From Hyphomicrobiales bacterium (GTDB lineage Bacteria; Pseudomonadota; Alphaproteobacteria; Rhizobiales; Beijerinckiaceae), in assembly GCA_043744855.1 (NCBI GenBank), contig JAYTTW010000148.1, positions 908 through 64,907 of the forward strand: DNA of 64,000 nt, written 5' to 3'. The notes under the pieces are model-generated. The model ran no database searches and was not told the origin of the DNA. It saw nothing but the letters and a program-made list of their open reading frames with translations. Shown piece after piece: positions 1-11,188 of the stretch (the stretch's first letter is position 1; every line of letters begins with the position of its first letter). Made by a program: the position numbers and the translations under genes.

Positions 1-167
1 TTGAGACGGCGTGCGCGCGATTGGGCTTTAACAAGGAGCGGGCGAAGTTGCGTACAGACCTGTTCTCGCCACCACAAAAACCGCACGCGCAGCTATCTTT
101 GTTTTGACGCGCGGCGGCCGACCGGGGGCTTGTTGCGGTTTACTCGTCGCGCGCACCTCGTGACGAC

Positions 168-776
168 TTATTTGCCGGCAGGGAAGCCATAGCGGGTTAC
201 CAAAATGAGCGCGACGATGGCGACGACGGCCAACCCGATGATGCCAATAATGCCCAAATTGGCCACAGGCCCCGCCGGCGCCGCTGGTTTCGCCCGCGCC
301 GCGATGGCGTAATTGCGTTGCCGTTCGTCTTCACTCGATGCCGGCCCCGACGTCATCGTTGGGCCGCGCCCCTCCAAGGTCGCCTCGGCGAGATGCCGAT
401 AGGTGGAGAGACGTCGCGCCGTGCTCTCCCCTACAATGTAGGACGTGATCTCCGCCTCGCCGGGCTCACGACCGCGCGCCTTGCCAAACGCGACCAGCCA
501 GTCTTGTTTGTTCTGCTTGTAGATCGAGTAGGCGACAAGCCCGACGATGTCAGTGTCGCCGCCCACGAGGCTGCTGAAAATTTCATTGCGTTCGTTGTCC
601 GGCGTCGGCATCGCCGCGAGGCTGCCGCCGACCGGCTGCCGGCTGGCGTCGCCCAGCCTTGCGTTGGGGCTCGCGGCGCTACTCATTGGCGCATCACTCA
701 CCAACGCATCAGTCACGCTCGCATCGCTCATCGACGCATCACTCTTGTTCACGTTACTCATGGTCACGTTACTCAT
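168..776 (-). CDS. Conserved hypothetical protein with C-terminal membrane anchor
   Basis: Core NEIFSSLVGGDTDIVGLVAYSIYKQNKQDW; hydrophobic C-terminus IIGIIGLAVVAIVALILV. Start uncertain (776, 611 or a repeat-encoded ATG/GTG). Confidence 0.7.
   Translation of the reverse strand: MSNVTMSNVNKSDASMSDASVTDALVSDAPMSSAASPNARLGDASRQPVGGSLAAMPTPDNERNEIFSSLVGGDTDIVGLVAYSIYKQNKQDWLVAFGKARGREPGEAEITSYIVGESTARRLSTYRHLAEATLEGRGPTMTSGPASSEDERQRNYAIAARAKPAAPAGPVANLGIIGIIGLAVVAIVALILVTRYGFPAGK
672..776 (-). repeat. 7 x 15-bp degenerate tandem repeat (MSNVT/MSNVN/KSDAS/MSDAS/VTDAL/VSDAP/MSSAA)
   Basis: Minus-strand units ATGAGTAACGTGACC, ATGAGTAACGTGAAC, AAGAGTGATGCGTCG, ATGAGCGATGCGAGC, GTGACTGATGCGTTG, GTGAGTGATGCGCCA, ATGAGTAGCGCCGCG. 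Confidence 0.85.
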
Positions 777-914
777 GGCAAAACCCGCTTTCCAGTTCTC
801 AAATGTGTCGCCCACGTGGCGCTGCTGACAATCCGCCCCGCATACAACGATTTCGGCGGCGGCTCAATCGGCCGGCAACGTTGAGAATCGATCCCGATTT
901 TGGCAGATTGCGGA

Positions 915-1574
915 ATGACGTTGATATCCCGCAGCCTCTCGCCGGCGCCAGCTCCGCTGACGGCTGATTTCACCCGTGAACACGGCTTGCGCGTCGCCGG
1001 GTGCTGGCCAGTCGCGGGCTGCGATGAAGCCGGGCGTGGACCGCTGGCGGGGCCTGTCGCCGCAGCCGCTGTCATCCTCGATCCAAAAAATCTCCCGACC
1101 GGCCTCGCGGATTCAAAAAAACTCAGCGCGGCGCGACGCGATACACTCTTCGAGGAAATTCTTTCGCGGGCTTTATGCGTCAGCGTGTCGCTCGCCACGG
1201 CGTTGGAAATCGATGCGCTCAACATCCGCGTCGCGTCTTTGCTGGCGATGCGCCGCTCGCTCGCCGCGCTGTCGCTGCAACCAGCGCATGCGCTGATCGA
1301 CGGCAATGTCCTGCCGGAGGGTCTCACCTGCAGCGCGACGGCAATCATCGGCGGCGACGCGGCTTCCATGTCAATCGCCGCTGCATCGATCATCGCCAAG
1401 GTTGTGCGCGACAGGCTGATGCACAATTTGCACCGGCAATTCCCGCGCTATGGTTTTACGCAACACGTCGGATATTCCACCCCTGCGCATCTTGCCGCTC
1501 TCGGCGCGCACGGCCCCTGCATTTATCACCGGCGCAGCTTCGCACCCGTCCGGGCCGCCTTGCACGGCCGTTGA
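915..1574 (+). CDS. rnhB: Ribonuclease HII
   Basis: [42 protein letters not shown] motifs. Confidence 0.96.
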   Translation: MTLISRSLSPAPAPLTADFTREHGLRVAGCWPVAGCDEAGRGPLAGPVAAAAVILDPKNLPTGLADSKKLSAARRDTLFEEILSRALCVSVSLATALEIDALNIRVASLLAMRRSLAALSLQPAHALIDGNVLPEGLTCSATAIIGGDAASMSIAAASIIAKVVRDRLMHNLHRQFPRYGFTQHVGYSTPAHLAALGAHGPCIYHRRSFAPVRAALHGR

Positions 1575-1714
1575 CGCGCCCTGCTTACTGTTTCGTAACC
1601 ATATGTAATTCCTCAACGATATTTCATAAAAGCGTACGAAAAAGGGACAGCGTTTTTTAGGCACGCTAAACGCGGCCTTTACCTCGATGCCTGCATATAC
1701 GCACTCGTTGGTAG

Positions 1715-2911
<1,197 letters not shown>

Positions 2912-2938
2912 AACACAACGCTTTTGCGCCTGTCGCAG

Positions 2939-3526
2939 TTACGGCGGCGCGAGGCTTGTGGCGATGCGCAAGCGTAGCGCCGTGGCGCCATTGGGACGAA
3001 AAACCGTATCGATCGCCGCGCGCTGGGAGAGTTCTATCGCGGCTGCGGCTCCAATCCTGCGATAATATTCGAACAACAGCGCAGTTCCCGCATCGCTCTT
3101 GATGGACGGCGCGCCGCCAACGCCGCGCATGTTGGCGCTGTGGAAGCCCAACCCAGATTGCGACGACATACCTTCAAAAACCTTCTGTCCGTTGACGTAG
3201 TGACGCTTGGCGCCGGCGACGAAAATCATCGTGCAGGCGCTGTCGCACACGCCGCGCGTGGCGTCGACCGCCGTCGTCAACCTGGCCTTCTTGACCAGCC
3301 AGCCGATAGCGAGGGCGGGGGGCAGCGCGCCGCCATGACTGTCGAGCCACAACACGCGCAACGGCACACGGCGTGGCTGCGCCAGAAATTTTGCAAACGT
3401 CACCTCGTCGCCACGCTCGAATGTGCCGGAAAGCCGCGCGACGCCGCCCGATTCCGACAGGTAGATCGCCTGCACCGGGCTTGCCGCGGCGAGCATCCAA
3501 CACAACGGCAACCAGACAAACCGCAT
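2939..3526 (-). CDS. Exported ClpP/crotonase-like hypothetical protein (COG3904-like)
   Basis: Signal peptide ending VQA; motifs LDSHGG, CDSACTMIFVAG, LGFH. Confidence 0.7.
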   Translation of the reverse strand: MRFVWLPLCWMLAAASPVQAIYLSESGGVARLSGTFERGDEVTFAKFLAQPRRVPLRVLWLDSHGGALPPALAIGWLVKKARLTTAVDATRGVCDSACTMIFVAGAKRHYVNGQKVFEGMSSQSGLGFHSANMRGVGGAPSIKSDAGTALLFEYYRRIGAAAAIELSQRAAIDTVFRPNGATALRLRIATSLAPP

Positions 3527-3553
3527 GCGCCGACCCCAGCCAATCCCGACTAT

Positions 3554-3660
3554 TACCCGGAATCAAAGATTCCGGGTACGTCGTTTTTGTTGAAGTATCC
3601 ACTTATCATCTGCAGAAAGCGCGTCACTACGTGACTCACTTTCTTCCGATGGTGGATACT
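3554..3660. promoter_or_regulatory. Two intergenic inverted repeats containing three GANTC sites
   Basis: Perfect TACCCGGAATC-AAA-GATTCCGGGTA (3554-3578); nested AGTATCCAC..AGAAAG..GTCAC-TAC-GTGAC..CTTTCT..GTGGATACT (3594-3660). Regulatory role is inferred. Confidence 0.6.
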
Positions 3661-4537
3661 ATTGCATTCGCCAGTTAAGCAAATCACGCCCGGCGCGATA
3701 ATTGCGCGCCGACAGGCTGGCGTCGCGATTGAACAGCGGGCGGTTATACATGGGATGCGTCATCGAGCGTACCTCGTGATCTGCGGTGAATATCGGCTCG
3801 CCCGTTTCCACATCAAGGATCGAGAAAATCCGATACTGATGCTGACCGGATTCCTCAATGCGCGCGCCGGCTTTTTGCAACCGGTGATAGGGGGCCGCGA
3901 AATCGGCCAAGTATATCTGTAGATGATGGTCCGCGCACGCCGGCGCCGGATGCTCGCGTTCGATGAATCGCAACTCCTGCGCGTCGCCGACCCGCACCAA
4001 CGCCATTTTGCCCTCGCGAACGTCCTCGATACGGGTCAGCGCGCCGAATACCTCGCGATAAAAGCGCGCGATTTTCGCCGCCACGCCAATCGGCGTCTCG
4101 AATTCGACGTAAGCCATGCCCAATACAATCGGTCCGAACTTCGCTGCGTCTGGCGCATGACACCGCACCCGGTTGCCCCACGGACAAACCGCCTCAACGA
4201 ATGTATCGCGGTCGCGCACTTCAAACAGCGTCCCTGCAAGCGGCTTGCCGACGCGCCCGAGGCGTTCGCGCAGGGCGTCAAGCTCGGGCAGCACCAGTCC
4301 GGTGACGATGCCGGGCGCAGTCACCGCCGCGCCGGTCGGCAAATGAAACTGGCTGGCGCCGGCATTGACCCACATGTTGTCGCCGGCCTGCATCAGCACG
4401 GGATCGCGCGTCAGTCCGAGCCCGCAGACATAGAACTGCATCGCCAACCGCTGATCGGGGATGCGATAGTTGACGTGACCGAGATTGACGATGTTGCCGA
4501 GATCTTCAGCGGCCCGATCGTAGCGGCGCGGCTCCAT
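3659..4537 (-). CDS. VOC/glyoxalase-like protein
   Basis: LGHVN..FYVCGLGLTRDP, SQFHLP, CPWGN, second VOC half with HHLQIY, HEVRSMTHP; GGAG RBS. Confidence 0.75.
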   Translation of the reverse strand: MEPRRYDRAAEDLGNIVNLGHVNYRIPDQRLAMQFYVCGLGLTRDPVLMQAGDNMWVNAGASQFHLPTGAAVTAPGIVTGLVLPELDALRERLGRVGKPLAGTLFEVRDRDTFVEAVCPWGNRVRCHAPDAAKFGPIVLGMAYVEFETPIGVAAKIARFYREVFGALTRIEDVREGKMALVRVGDAQELRFIEREHPAPACADHHLQIYLADFAAPYHRLQKAGARIEESGQHQYRIFSILDVETGEPIFTADHEVRSMTHPMYNRPLFNRDASLSARNYRAGRDLLNWRMQ

Positions 4538-4592
4538 GATGTGGCTCCTTGTTGTCGCATCCTTTCAGGCGGCGCGAGGCGTGTCGATGCTG

Positions 4593-4835
4593 TCATTCAA
4601 ACTCAACTTCGACACCGCGAGCCAGGCATTCGCGCTCAACGAGGTCGAACAGTCGTTGCAGGTCGGTGAGTGAAATCTCCGCGCCGTCCTGCCACGTTTC
4701 AACATCGTCCATGTGGATGATCAAACGCTCGTCCTCGCGCGTGAAAGGGATGGCCGCGCACGCTTCGCTCCAGCCAGCAAGCAGCGTTGTCTCGCCTATC
4801 TCAAAACGCCGGGAAGCCGGTGTTCGCGCCATCAA
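4593..4835 (-). CDS. Small acidic protein resembling the Imm74 immunity family
   Basis: IHMDDVETW..EISLTDLQRLFDLVERE..RGVEVEFE pattern (family from recall); ATGA overlap with the mutY stop. Confidence 0.55.
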   Translation of the reverse strand: MMARTPASRRFEIGETTLLAGWSEACAAIPFTREDERLIIHMDDVETWQDGAEISLTDLQRLFDLVERECLARGVEVEFE

Positions 4836-5968
4836 CCCGTTTCCTTTCGGGCGCCAAGATTTTGTCGGGCGAGCGTGACGATCTTACGCATCACACTCGG
4901 CAACGCCTCATCATCGAGCGCGATGTCGCGCGCCCAGCGGTAACCCGGTGGCGCCAACGTCTGCGCCGGCGCCCGCGCGACATAAACGTCAAGCCGCAGC
5001 GAAAAGTGCGTGAATACGTGTTCAACGCAGCCGGCCAATTGGCGCCAGCGCAAGTCTCGCCGAAGTTTCGCAGGAATTTCGAAGGGCGGCACCGGCGCTT
5101 GCTGGCCAACCCCCGACAACGGCGTCCATTCACCGCCAGGAATTTCCGTCATGCCACCCAGCAAGCCTTTTGGCGGGCGCGTTCGCACCAGCACAAGTCC
5201 ATCGTCGCGCCGCAAAAACCACGCCGCGCCGACGCGTTGGGGGCGAACCTTTTTCGCCGCCTTGACGGGGTAGCGCTCCATCGTGCCGGCGGCGCGCGCC
5301 ACGCACGTTTGCATCAGCGGACACAGCGCGCACGCGGGATTTCGCGGCGTGCAGAGTGTGGCGCCCAAATCCATCATCGCCTGCGCGAAATCTCCAGGTC
5401 GCGTCGCGGGCGCCATGGCCGCGACCTGTTGACGCACGCGCGCTTTGGCTTTTGGCAAGGGTTCGTCGATGCCGAACAAACGCGTTGTCACCCGCTCGAC
5501 ATTGCCATCCACAACGACGGCGCGTTGGTCAAAGGCGATCGAGGCGATCGCCGCTGCCGTGTACAGGCCGATTCCCGGTAACTTCAGCAATTGCGCTTCC
5601 GTCTCAGGAAAGGCGCCAGCGCAATCACGCGCCACAACGAGCGCACAGGCGTGCAAATTGCGCGCCCGCGAATAGTAACCGAGCCCCGCCCAGGCCTGCA
5701 TCACCGCTTGCACCGGCGCTCCCGCAAGATCCTCGACGCGCGGCCAGCGCGCCAGAAATTTCTCGAAGTAGGGCTTCACGGTCGTCACATTGGTTTGCTG
5801 CAACATGATCTCCGACAGCCACACGGCGTAGGGATCGGCGCGTTCGCCGCGTCGCGCGCGCCATGGCAAGTGACGCGCATGGCGACCATACCAGGCGAGC
5901 AAAGCCTGCCCGGGGCGAGGATCGATCGGCGCGACTGGATTGGCGGCTGGCCCGGGTGCGCGTAACAT
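4832..5968 (-). CDS. mutY: A/G-specific adenine glycosylase
   Basis: WLSEIMLQQT, WAGLGYYSRARN, LPGIGLYTA, VDGNVERV, Fe-S motif CTPRNPACALCPL..C, HVFTHF. Confidence 0.97.
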   Translation of the reverse strand: MLRAPGPAANPVAPIDPRPGQALLAWYGRHARHLPWRARRGERADPYAVWLSEIMLQQTNVTTVKPYFEKFLARWPRVEDLAGAPVQAVMQAWAGLGYYSRARNLHACALVVARDCAGAFPETEAQLLKLPGIGLYTAAAIASIAFDQRAVVVDGNVERVTTRLFGIDEPLPKAKARVRQQVAAMAPATRPGDFAQAMMDLGATLCTPRNPACALCPLMQTCVARAAGTMERYPVKAAKKVRPQRVGAAWFLRRDDGLVLVRTRPPKGLLGGMTEIPGGEWTPLSGVGQQAPVPPFEIPAKLRRDLRWRQLAGCVEHVFTHFSLRLDVYVARAPAQTLAPPGYRWARDIALDDEALPSVMRKIVTLARQNLGARKETG

Positions 5969-6162
5969 TGCGTCTGTGTAGCGGCGTGGGCGACATTCGC
6001 CAACGGCGTCGGCGCGCCGGTCCGAATGCGGCTCGACATGCCCGATGGCGGAATTGGTCACGCAGAAGTGGCGCCTGGATCGTCTGGAAGCGATCAAGGT
6101 TCACCGCTATCAATATGTGACCCGGCGCGACGCCGCGGGTTCACCCCAAGGGAATTGAGCGC

Positions 6163-6693
6163 ATGCCCCCGCGTCAGCCGCCCAAACGTAAAGCCTGGTC
6201 GCAGCCACTGGCAGACTTCGTCGTGCCTGTCATGAGCCCGGTTTTGGCGAAAAACGGTTTTGGCGAAGCCGACATCATCCTGAATTGGGAGGAGATTGCC
6301 GGCGCCCGTCTCGCTGCTGTCTGTGAACCGATAAAAATTCAATGGCCGGGCCGCGCCCCGAAAGCCTCGCCGGAAGCGCCGGTGGAGCCGGCGGCGTTGG
6401 TGGTCCGTGTCGAGGGCGCGTTTGCGCTCGAATTACAGCATTCCGCCCCCGTGCTGATTGAGCGTGTCAACGCGCATCTTGGCTGGCGCTGCATCGGCCG
6501 GATCGCGTTGCGTCAAGGCCCGCTGGAGCGACGCGCGGCTGTCAACGTAAAGCGTCCGCCACCCGATGCGGAGAGCCTTCGCCTCGCCACGGAAAGCGTG
6601 CAGGGCATCGATGACGAGGCGCTGCGCGAGGCGTTGCTCAAACTCGGCGGAGAGGTCTTTTCCGACGCAGCATCGAAGCGAAAGTCGCCGTAA
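6163..6693 (+). CDS. DUF721/DciA family protein
   Basis: WEEIAG, LVVRVEGAFALELQH, ERVNAHLG; position between mutY and dsbA-smc is the usual one. Confidence 0.85.
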   Translation: MPPRQPPKRKAWSQPLADFVVPVMSPVLAKNGFGEADIILNWEEIAGARLAAVCEPIKIQWPGRAPKASPEAPVEPAALVVRVEGAFALELQHSAPVLIERVNAHLGWRCIGRIALRQGPLERRAAVNVKRPPPDAESLRLATESVQGIDDEALREALLKLGGEVFSDAASKRKSP

Positions 6694-6824
6694 ATTGACG
6701 ACAGCCGCAGGGGTCCGTCACGATTGGGAATGCGCGGCTGTCAAATCGCCGCATTTCGCCGGCAATGCGTTCGCCTGTATACTCAGTCTCAAATCCCGTG
6801 ATCCCGTCGCCCAAAGGACCCGCA

Positions 6825-7493
6825 ATGAACCTGCCCCGCCAGACACGCCGGCAATTTCTTGAGTTTGCCGCCGCCGCCAGCCTGACCCTCACGGTCGCCG
6901 GCTGCTGGCTTGGCGGCTCGCTCGGCGAGGCGCTGGCGCAGGCCGCCGGTCCGTCGGTCGTCGATCTCATGGCCCCCGACGCTTTGCCCGACCTGTGGAT
7001 GGGGAAGGCCGATGCGCCGGTGACGATCATCGAGTACGCTTCGATGACCTGCCCGCATTGCGCGCATTTTCATGCGGAATCGATGCCGTACCTGAAAAAG
7101 AATTACATCGACCCCGGCAAGGTGCGCTTCGTGCTGCGCGAATTCCCCTTCGATCCGCTGGCCACTGCCGCCTTCATGCTGGCCCGCGCCTCCGGCGACA
7201 AGCGCGACACCGTCGTCGACCTTTTGTTCGCCCAGCAAAAAGTCTGGGCGTTTTCTGACAAGCCCTTGCAGGGTCTGGTTGGGCTGATGAAACAGGCGGG
7301 AATGTCGCAGGAAACCTTCGACGCCACCCTGAAAGACCAGAAACTCTACGACAACGTCAGCGCCGTGCGCGACCGCGCCAGCCAAAAATTTGGCGTTGAA
7401 TCAACCCCGACTTTTTTCATCAACGGCAAGAAAATGCCCGGCGACCTTTCGCCCGCCGAGTTGGATACGCAATTGGCCGCGTTGGTGAAGTAG
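6825..7493 (+). CDS. DsbA-family thiol:disulfide oxidoreductase
   Basis: EYASMTCPHCAHF (CxxC), REFPFD, STPTFFING; Tat-like TRRQFL leader. Confidence 0.92.
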   Translation: MNLPRQTRRQFLEFAAAASLTLTVAGCWLGGSLGEALAQAAGPSVVDLMAPDALPDLWMGKADAPVTIIEYASMTCPHCAHFHAESMPYLKKNYIDPGKVRFVLREFPFDPLATAAFMLARASGDKRDTVVDLLFAQQKVWAFSDKPLQGLVGLMKQAGMSQETFDATLKDQKLYDNVSAVRDRASQKFGVESTPTFFINGKKMPGDLSPAELDTQLAALVK

Positions 7494-7630
7494 GGCGCCG
7501 CACGGTTTCACACAGGAAAGTCGTGGTCGAGCCTTGATTGCCACGCGACTTTGAACGCCAAATGCTGGAATTCGCGAGCGCTCGCTTGCCGATTCGCTGA
7601 ATGCGTTCAAGTGTACAGGAACATGCGGCC

Positions 7631-10600
7631 ATGCAATTTGACCGACTCCGCATCGTCGGCTTCAAAAGTTTTTGTGAACCCACCGATTTTCACATCGCGC
7701 CGGGCCTGACTGGCGTTGTCGGCCCCAACGGCTGCGGCAAGTCCAACCTGGTCGAAGCCTTGCGCTGGGTGATGGGCGAGAGTTCCTATAAATCCATGCG
7801 CGCCGCCGGCATGGACGATGTCATCTTTTCGGGTTCGGGCAATCGGGCCTCGCGCAACATGGCCGAAGTTGCGCTGGTTTTGAACAACCGTGACCGCACA
7901 GCGCCAGCCGCCTTCAATGATTCTGAAATTATCGAGGTTTCCCGTCGCATCGAGCGCGAGGAAGGCTCCGTCTATCGCGTCAACGGCAAGGAAGTGCGCG
8001 CCCGCGATGTGCAACTGCTGTTTGCCGATGCGTCGAGCGGCTCGCGTTCGCCGGCGATGGTGCGTCAGGGCCAGATTGGCGAGATTATCTCCGCCAAGCC
8101 ACAGCAGCGGCGCCGTATTCTGGAGGAGGCCGCGGGGGTCGCTGGCCTGCACTCGCGCCGCCACGAGGCGGAGTTGCGCCTCAAGGCCGCTGAGGAAAAC
8201 CTGTTGCGCCTCGAAGACGTGCTCAAGCAAATCGAAGGGCAGGCGGATTCGCTTCGCAAGCAGGCGCGCCAGGCGTCCCGCTACAAGGGGCTTGCCGCAG
8301 ATATTCGTCGCAATGAGGCGCTGCTCTATCATATTGCCCACCGCGATTCGACCCGCGATCTCGCCGATAGCGAACGCAAACTCGAGGCCGACGTTCGCGC
8401 GGTGGCCGAGCGCACCCTGCAGCAGGCCGAGGCGGCCCGGTTGCAGGCCGTCGCCGCCTATGGGTTACCCGCCTTGCGCGACGGCGAAGCGCGCGCCGGC
8501 GCGGTGCTGCAACGCCTCGTTGTGGCCCGCGAACAACTCGACGGCGAAGAGAAGCGCGCCACGGAGCGCAGCGCTGAACTGGAACGCCGCATCGCCCAGT
8601 TGAGCCGGGATCTGGCGCGCGAAACAGCGCTGATTGCCGACGCTGCGGCGGTGCTCGAAAAACTCGATGTGGAAGCCGGGCAACTGGCCGGGCAGGCCGA
8701 AGCCTCGGCGGATGTCGAATTCGAGGCGAAATCGAAACTGGCCGATGCCGAAGGCCACCTTGCGGAAGCCGAGCAGAAATTCGCCGAAGCGCAGATGGCG
8801 CTTTCCGACATCACCGCGCGGCGCTCGGCGCTTGAACAGGCGGTGCGCGAGGAAACCCAGCGGCGCCAACGCTTCGAGACCGAGTATGCTGCTGTTGTCG
8901 CAGAACTTGCCAACCTGAACGCCGGCGTCGGCGGTCCAGACGAGCTTGCCGAAGCTGCCGAATCCCTTGCCACCGCGCAACAGCGCGCCGGACTTGCCGA
9001 CGAGGCGCTGCACGTTGCCGAAGTGGCGCGCGCCGAAGCCGCCGATGCCGAAGCGCAAATGCGCGCGCCGCTGGCCGACGCCGAGCGCAAGGCGCAGCGT
9101 CTTGAAACCGAAGTGCGCACCCTGACCAATTTGCTGGCCAACGTCGGTAGCGATCTGTGGCCGCCGGTGGTCGAGGAAATGCGCGTCGACAAGGGCTACG
9201 AAGCGGCCCTCGGCGCAGCGCTGGGCGAGGATCTCGACGCCTCCACGAATGCCTCGGCGCCAGCCCACTGGTTGGCGTCGGGCGATGCCGCGCACGATGC
9301 AGCGCTGCCGCCGGGCGTCACTTCACTGGTGGCTCGCGTCAAGGCGCCGCCGGCCCTGCAACGTCGCCTCGCGCAGATTGGCGTGGTGCTGCGCGGTGAC
9401 GGTGCGGCGCTGCAAAAACTGCTCAGACCGGGCCAGCGGCTGGTCTCGCGCGAAGGCGATCTATGGCGCTGGGACGGTTTCGTTGCGGCGGCTGAGGCGC
9501 CAACCCCGGCGGCTCGTCGGCTGGTTGAGAAGAACCGTTTGGGCGATCTCACCATCGAGGCCACGCAGGCCCGCAATTCAGCCGATGCCATCAAGTCGCA
9601 GGCCGAGCAGCGCTTCGCCGCCCAACGCGCCGCCGCCGCAACCGAGACCACAGCGCGCGACGCCGCACGGGCCGCCCGTCGCGCTGTTGAAGAGGCGCGC
9701 GAAAAATCCGCCGCGCTGGAACGCGCCCGCGCGCATGTCGCCTCCCGCTTGTCGGCGCTGACAGAGGCTCAAGCACGCCTCGCTCAAAACCGCGAGGAGG
9801 CGGCCGGCAGGCAGTCCCAGGCCGGGCAGGCGCTGCAAGATCTGGCGCCGACGCAGCAACTGAGCGGCCGCCTCGACAGGGCTCGCGCCGCCAACGCCGA
9901 GGCGCGCGCCGGAGCCGCCGAAGCCCGCGTGCAGGTGCAGGGCCTGACCCGCGAAGCAGAGGCGCGGGATCGACGCCGCGCCGCCATAGCCGCGGAAAGC
10001 CAGTCATGGCAGGCGCGCAGCGCCATCGCCACCTCTCAAATCGTTGAGTTTGACGGCCGCGTTGCGGATGCGCGTGCCGAACAGGCAACCCTCGCCGACG
10101 CGCCCGATCAATTCCTGACCAAACGCCGGGCTCTCATGGATGAAACGGCGACCGCCGAGGCGGCGCGTCAACAGGCCTCCGAGGATCGCGCCCGCGCCGA
10201 AAACAGTTTGACCGATGCCGACCGGCTGGCGCGGTTGGCGCTTGAAACCATGAGCGGCGCGCGCGAGGAAAAGGCCCGCACCGAAGCCCGCCTCGAAGGC
10301 TTGCGCGCCCGCCACGAAAGCCTCGTGCGCTCCATCGCCAGTGAAATGGAATGCGAACCGCAGCATCTGGCGAGGCTTGCCGAACTTGCCTCCGGCGCGG
10401 AGTTACCGGCGCTGGAGATCATCGAGCGCAAGCTGGAAACTCTCAAACAGGATCGTGAGCGCCTCGGCGCCGTCAACCTTCGCGCCGACGACGAGCTGGT
10501 CGAAGTCGAGGGCAGACATGCCCAGATGGTCGCCGAGCGTGATGATCTGACCGAAGCCATACGCAAGCTGCGCCTCGCCATCGGCAGCCTTAACAAGGAG

Positions 10601-11089
10601 GGCCGCGAACGCCTTGTCGCGGCTTTTCAAATCGTCAACGCTCACTTCAAGGAGCTGTTCACGACGCTGTTCGGCGGTGGCGCAGCGGAGTTGCAACTGG
10701 TCGAAAGCGACGATCCGCTGGAGGCCGGCCTTGAAATCATGGCGCGTCCGCCTGGCAAAAAACTCACGACGATGACGTTGCTGTCGGGCGGCGAACAGGC
10801 GTTGACGGCGATGTCGCTGATCTTTGCCGTGTTCCTCACCAATCCCTCGCCGATCTGCGTGCTCGACGAAGTCGACGCGCCACTCGATGATTCCAACGTC
10901 GAACGCTTCTGCGATCTGCTCGACGAAATGTCGAAGAAGACCGACACGCGTTTCATCACCATTACCCACAACCCCATTACCATGGCGCGTATGGACCGCC
11001 TGTTCGGCGTCACCATGGCAGAACGCGGCGTCTCGCAACTCGTCAGCGTCGATTTGCAACAGGCCGGGATTATGGTGGCGGCGCAATAA
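7631..11089 (+). CDS. smc: Chromosome segregation protein SMC
   Basis: GFKSF, Walker A GPNGCGKSN, long coiled coils with hinge, LLSGGE, LDEVDAPLD, ITHN. Confidence 0.97.
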   Translation: MQFDRLRIVGFKSFCEPTDFHIAPGLTGVVGPNGCGKSNLVEALRWVMGESSYKSMRAAGMDDVIFSGSGNRASRNMAEVALVLNNRDRTAPAAFNDSEIIEVSRRIEREEGSVYRVNGKEVRARDVQLLFADASSGSRSPAMVRQGQIGEIISAKPQQRRRILEEAAGVAGLHSRRHEAELRLKAAEENLLRLEDVLKQIEGQADSLRKQARQASRYKGLAADIRRNEALLYHIAHRDSTRDLADSERKLEADVRAVAERTLQQAEAARLQAVAAYGLPALRDGEARAGAVLQRLVVAREQLDGEEKRATERSAELERRIAQLSRDLARETALIADAAAVLEKLDVEAGQLAGQAEASADVEFEAKSKLADAEGHLAEAEQKFAEAQMALSDITARRSALEQAVREETQRRQRFETEYAAVVAELANLNAGVGGPDELAEAAESLATAQQRAGLADEALHVAEVARAEAADAEAQMRAPLADAERKAQRLETEVRTLTNLLANVGSDLWPPVVEEMRVDKGYEAALGAALGEDLDASTNASAPAHWLASGDAAHDAALPPGVTSLVARVKAPPALQRRLAQIGVVLRGDGAALQKLLRPGQRLVSREGDLWRWDGFVAAAEAPTPAARRLVEKNRLGDLTIEATQARNSADAIKSQAEQRFAAQRAAAATETTARDAARAARRAVEEAREKSAALERARAHVASRLSALTEAQARLAQNREEAAGRQSQAGQALQDLAPTQQLSGRLDRARAANAEARAGAAEARVQVQGLTREAEARDRRRAAIAAESQSWQARSAIATSQIVEFDGRVADARAEQATLADAPDQFLTKRRALMDETATAEAARQQASEDRARAENSLTDADRLARLALETMSGAREEKARTEARLEGLRARHESLVRSIASEMECEPQHLARLAELASGAELPALEIIERKLETLKQDRERLGAVNLRADDELVEVEGRHAQMVAERDDLTEAIRKLRLAIGSLNKEGRERLVAAFQIVNAHFKELFTTLFGGGAAELQLVESDDPLEAGLEIMARPPGKKLTTMTLLSGGEQALTAMSLIFAVFLTNPSPICVLDEVDAPLDDSNVERFCDLLDEMSKKTDTRFITITHNPITMARMDRLFGVTMAERGVSQLVSVDLQQAGIMVAAQ

Positions 11090-11188
11090 CCATCCGGTCG
11101 CCGTGTCCAAGCGAAATATTTTAATGCATGTTTTCGAACCTCCTCTGTCGTGCTAGGCACGGGACGTTCAAATACTGGAGAGAGATTT

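Noticed and set aside
1595-1612. CtrA box upstream of ccrM (GTAACCATATGTAA)
   Set aside because: Biologically expected, but spacing and sequence deviate from TTAA-N7-TTAA; too weak to call.
7631-11089. SMC-like defence system (Wadjet/Lamassu)
   Set aside because: Canonical SMC in the usual mutY-dciA-dsbA-smc context, with no jet or effector genes.
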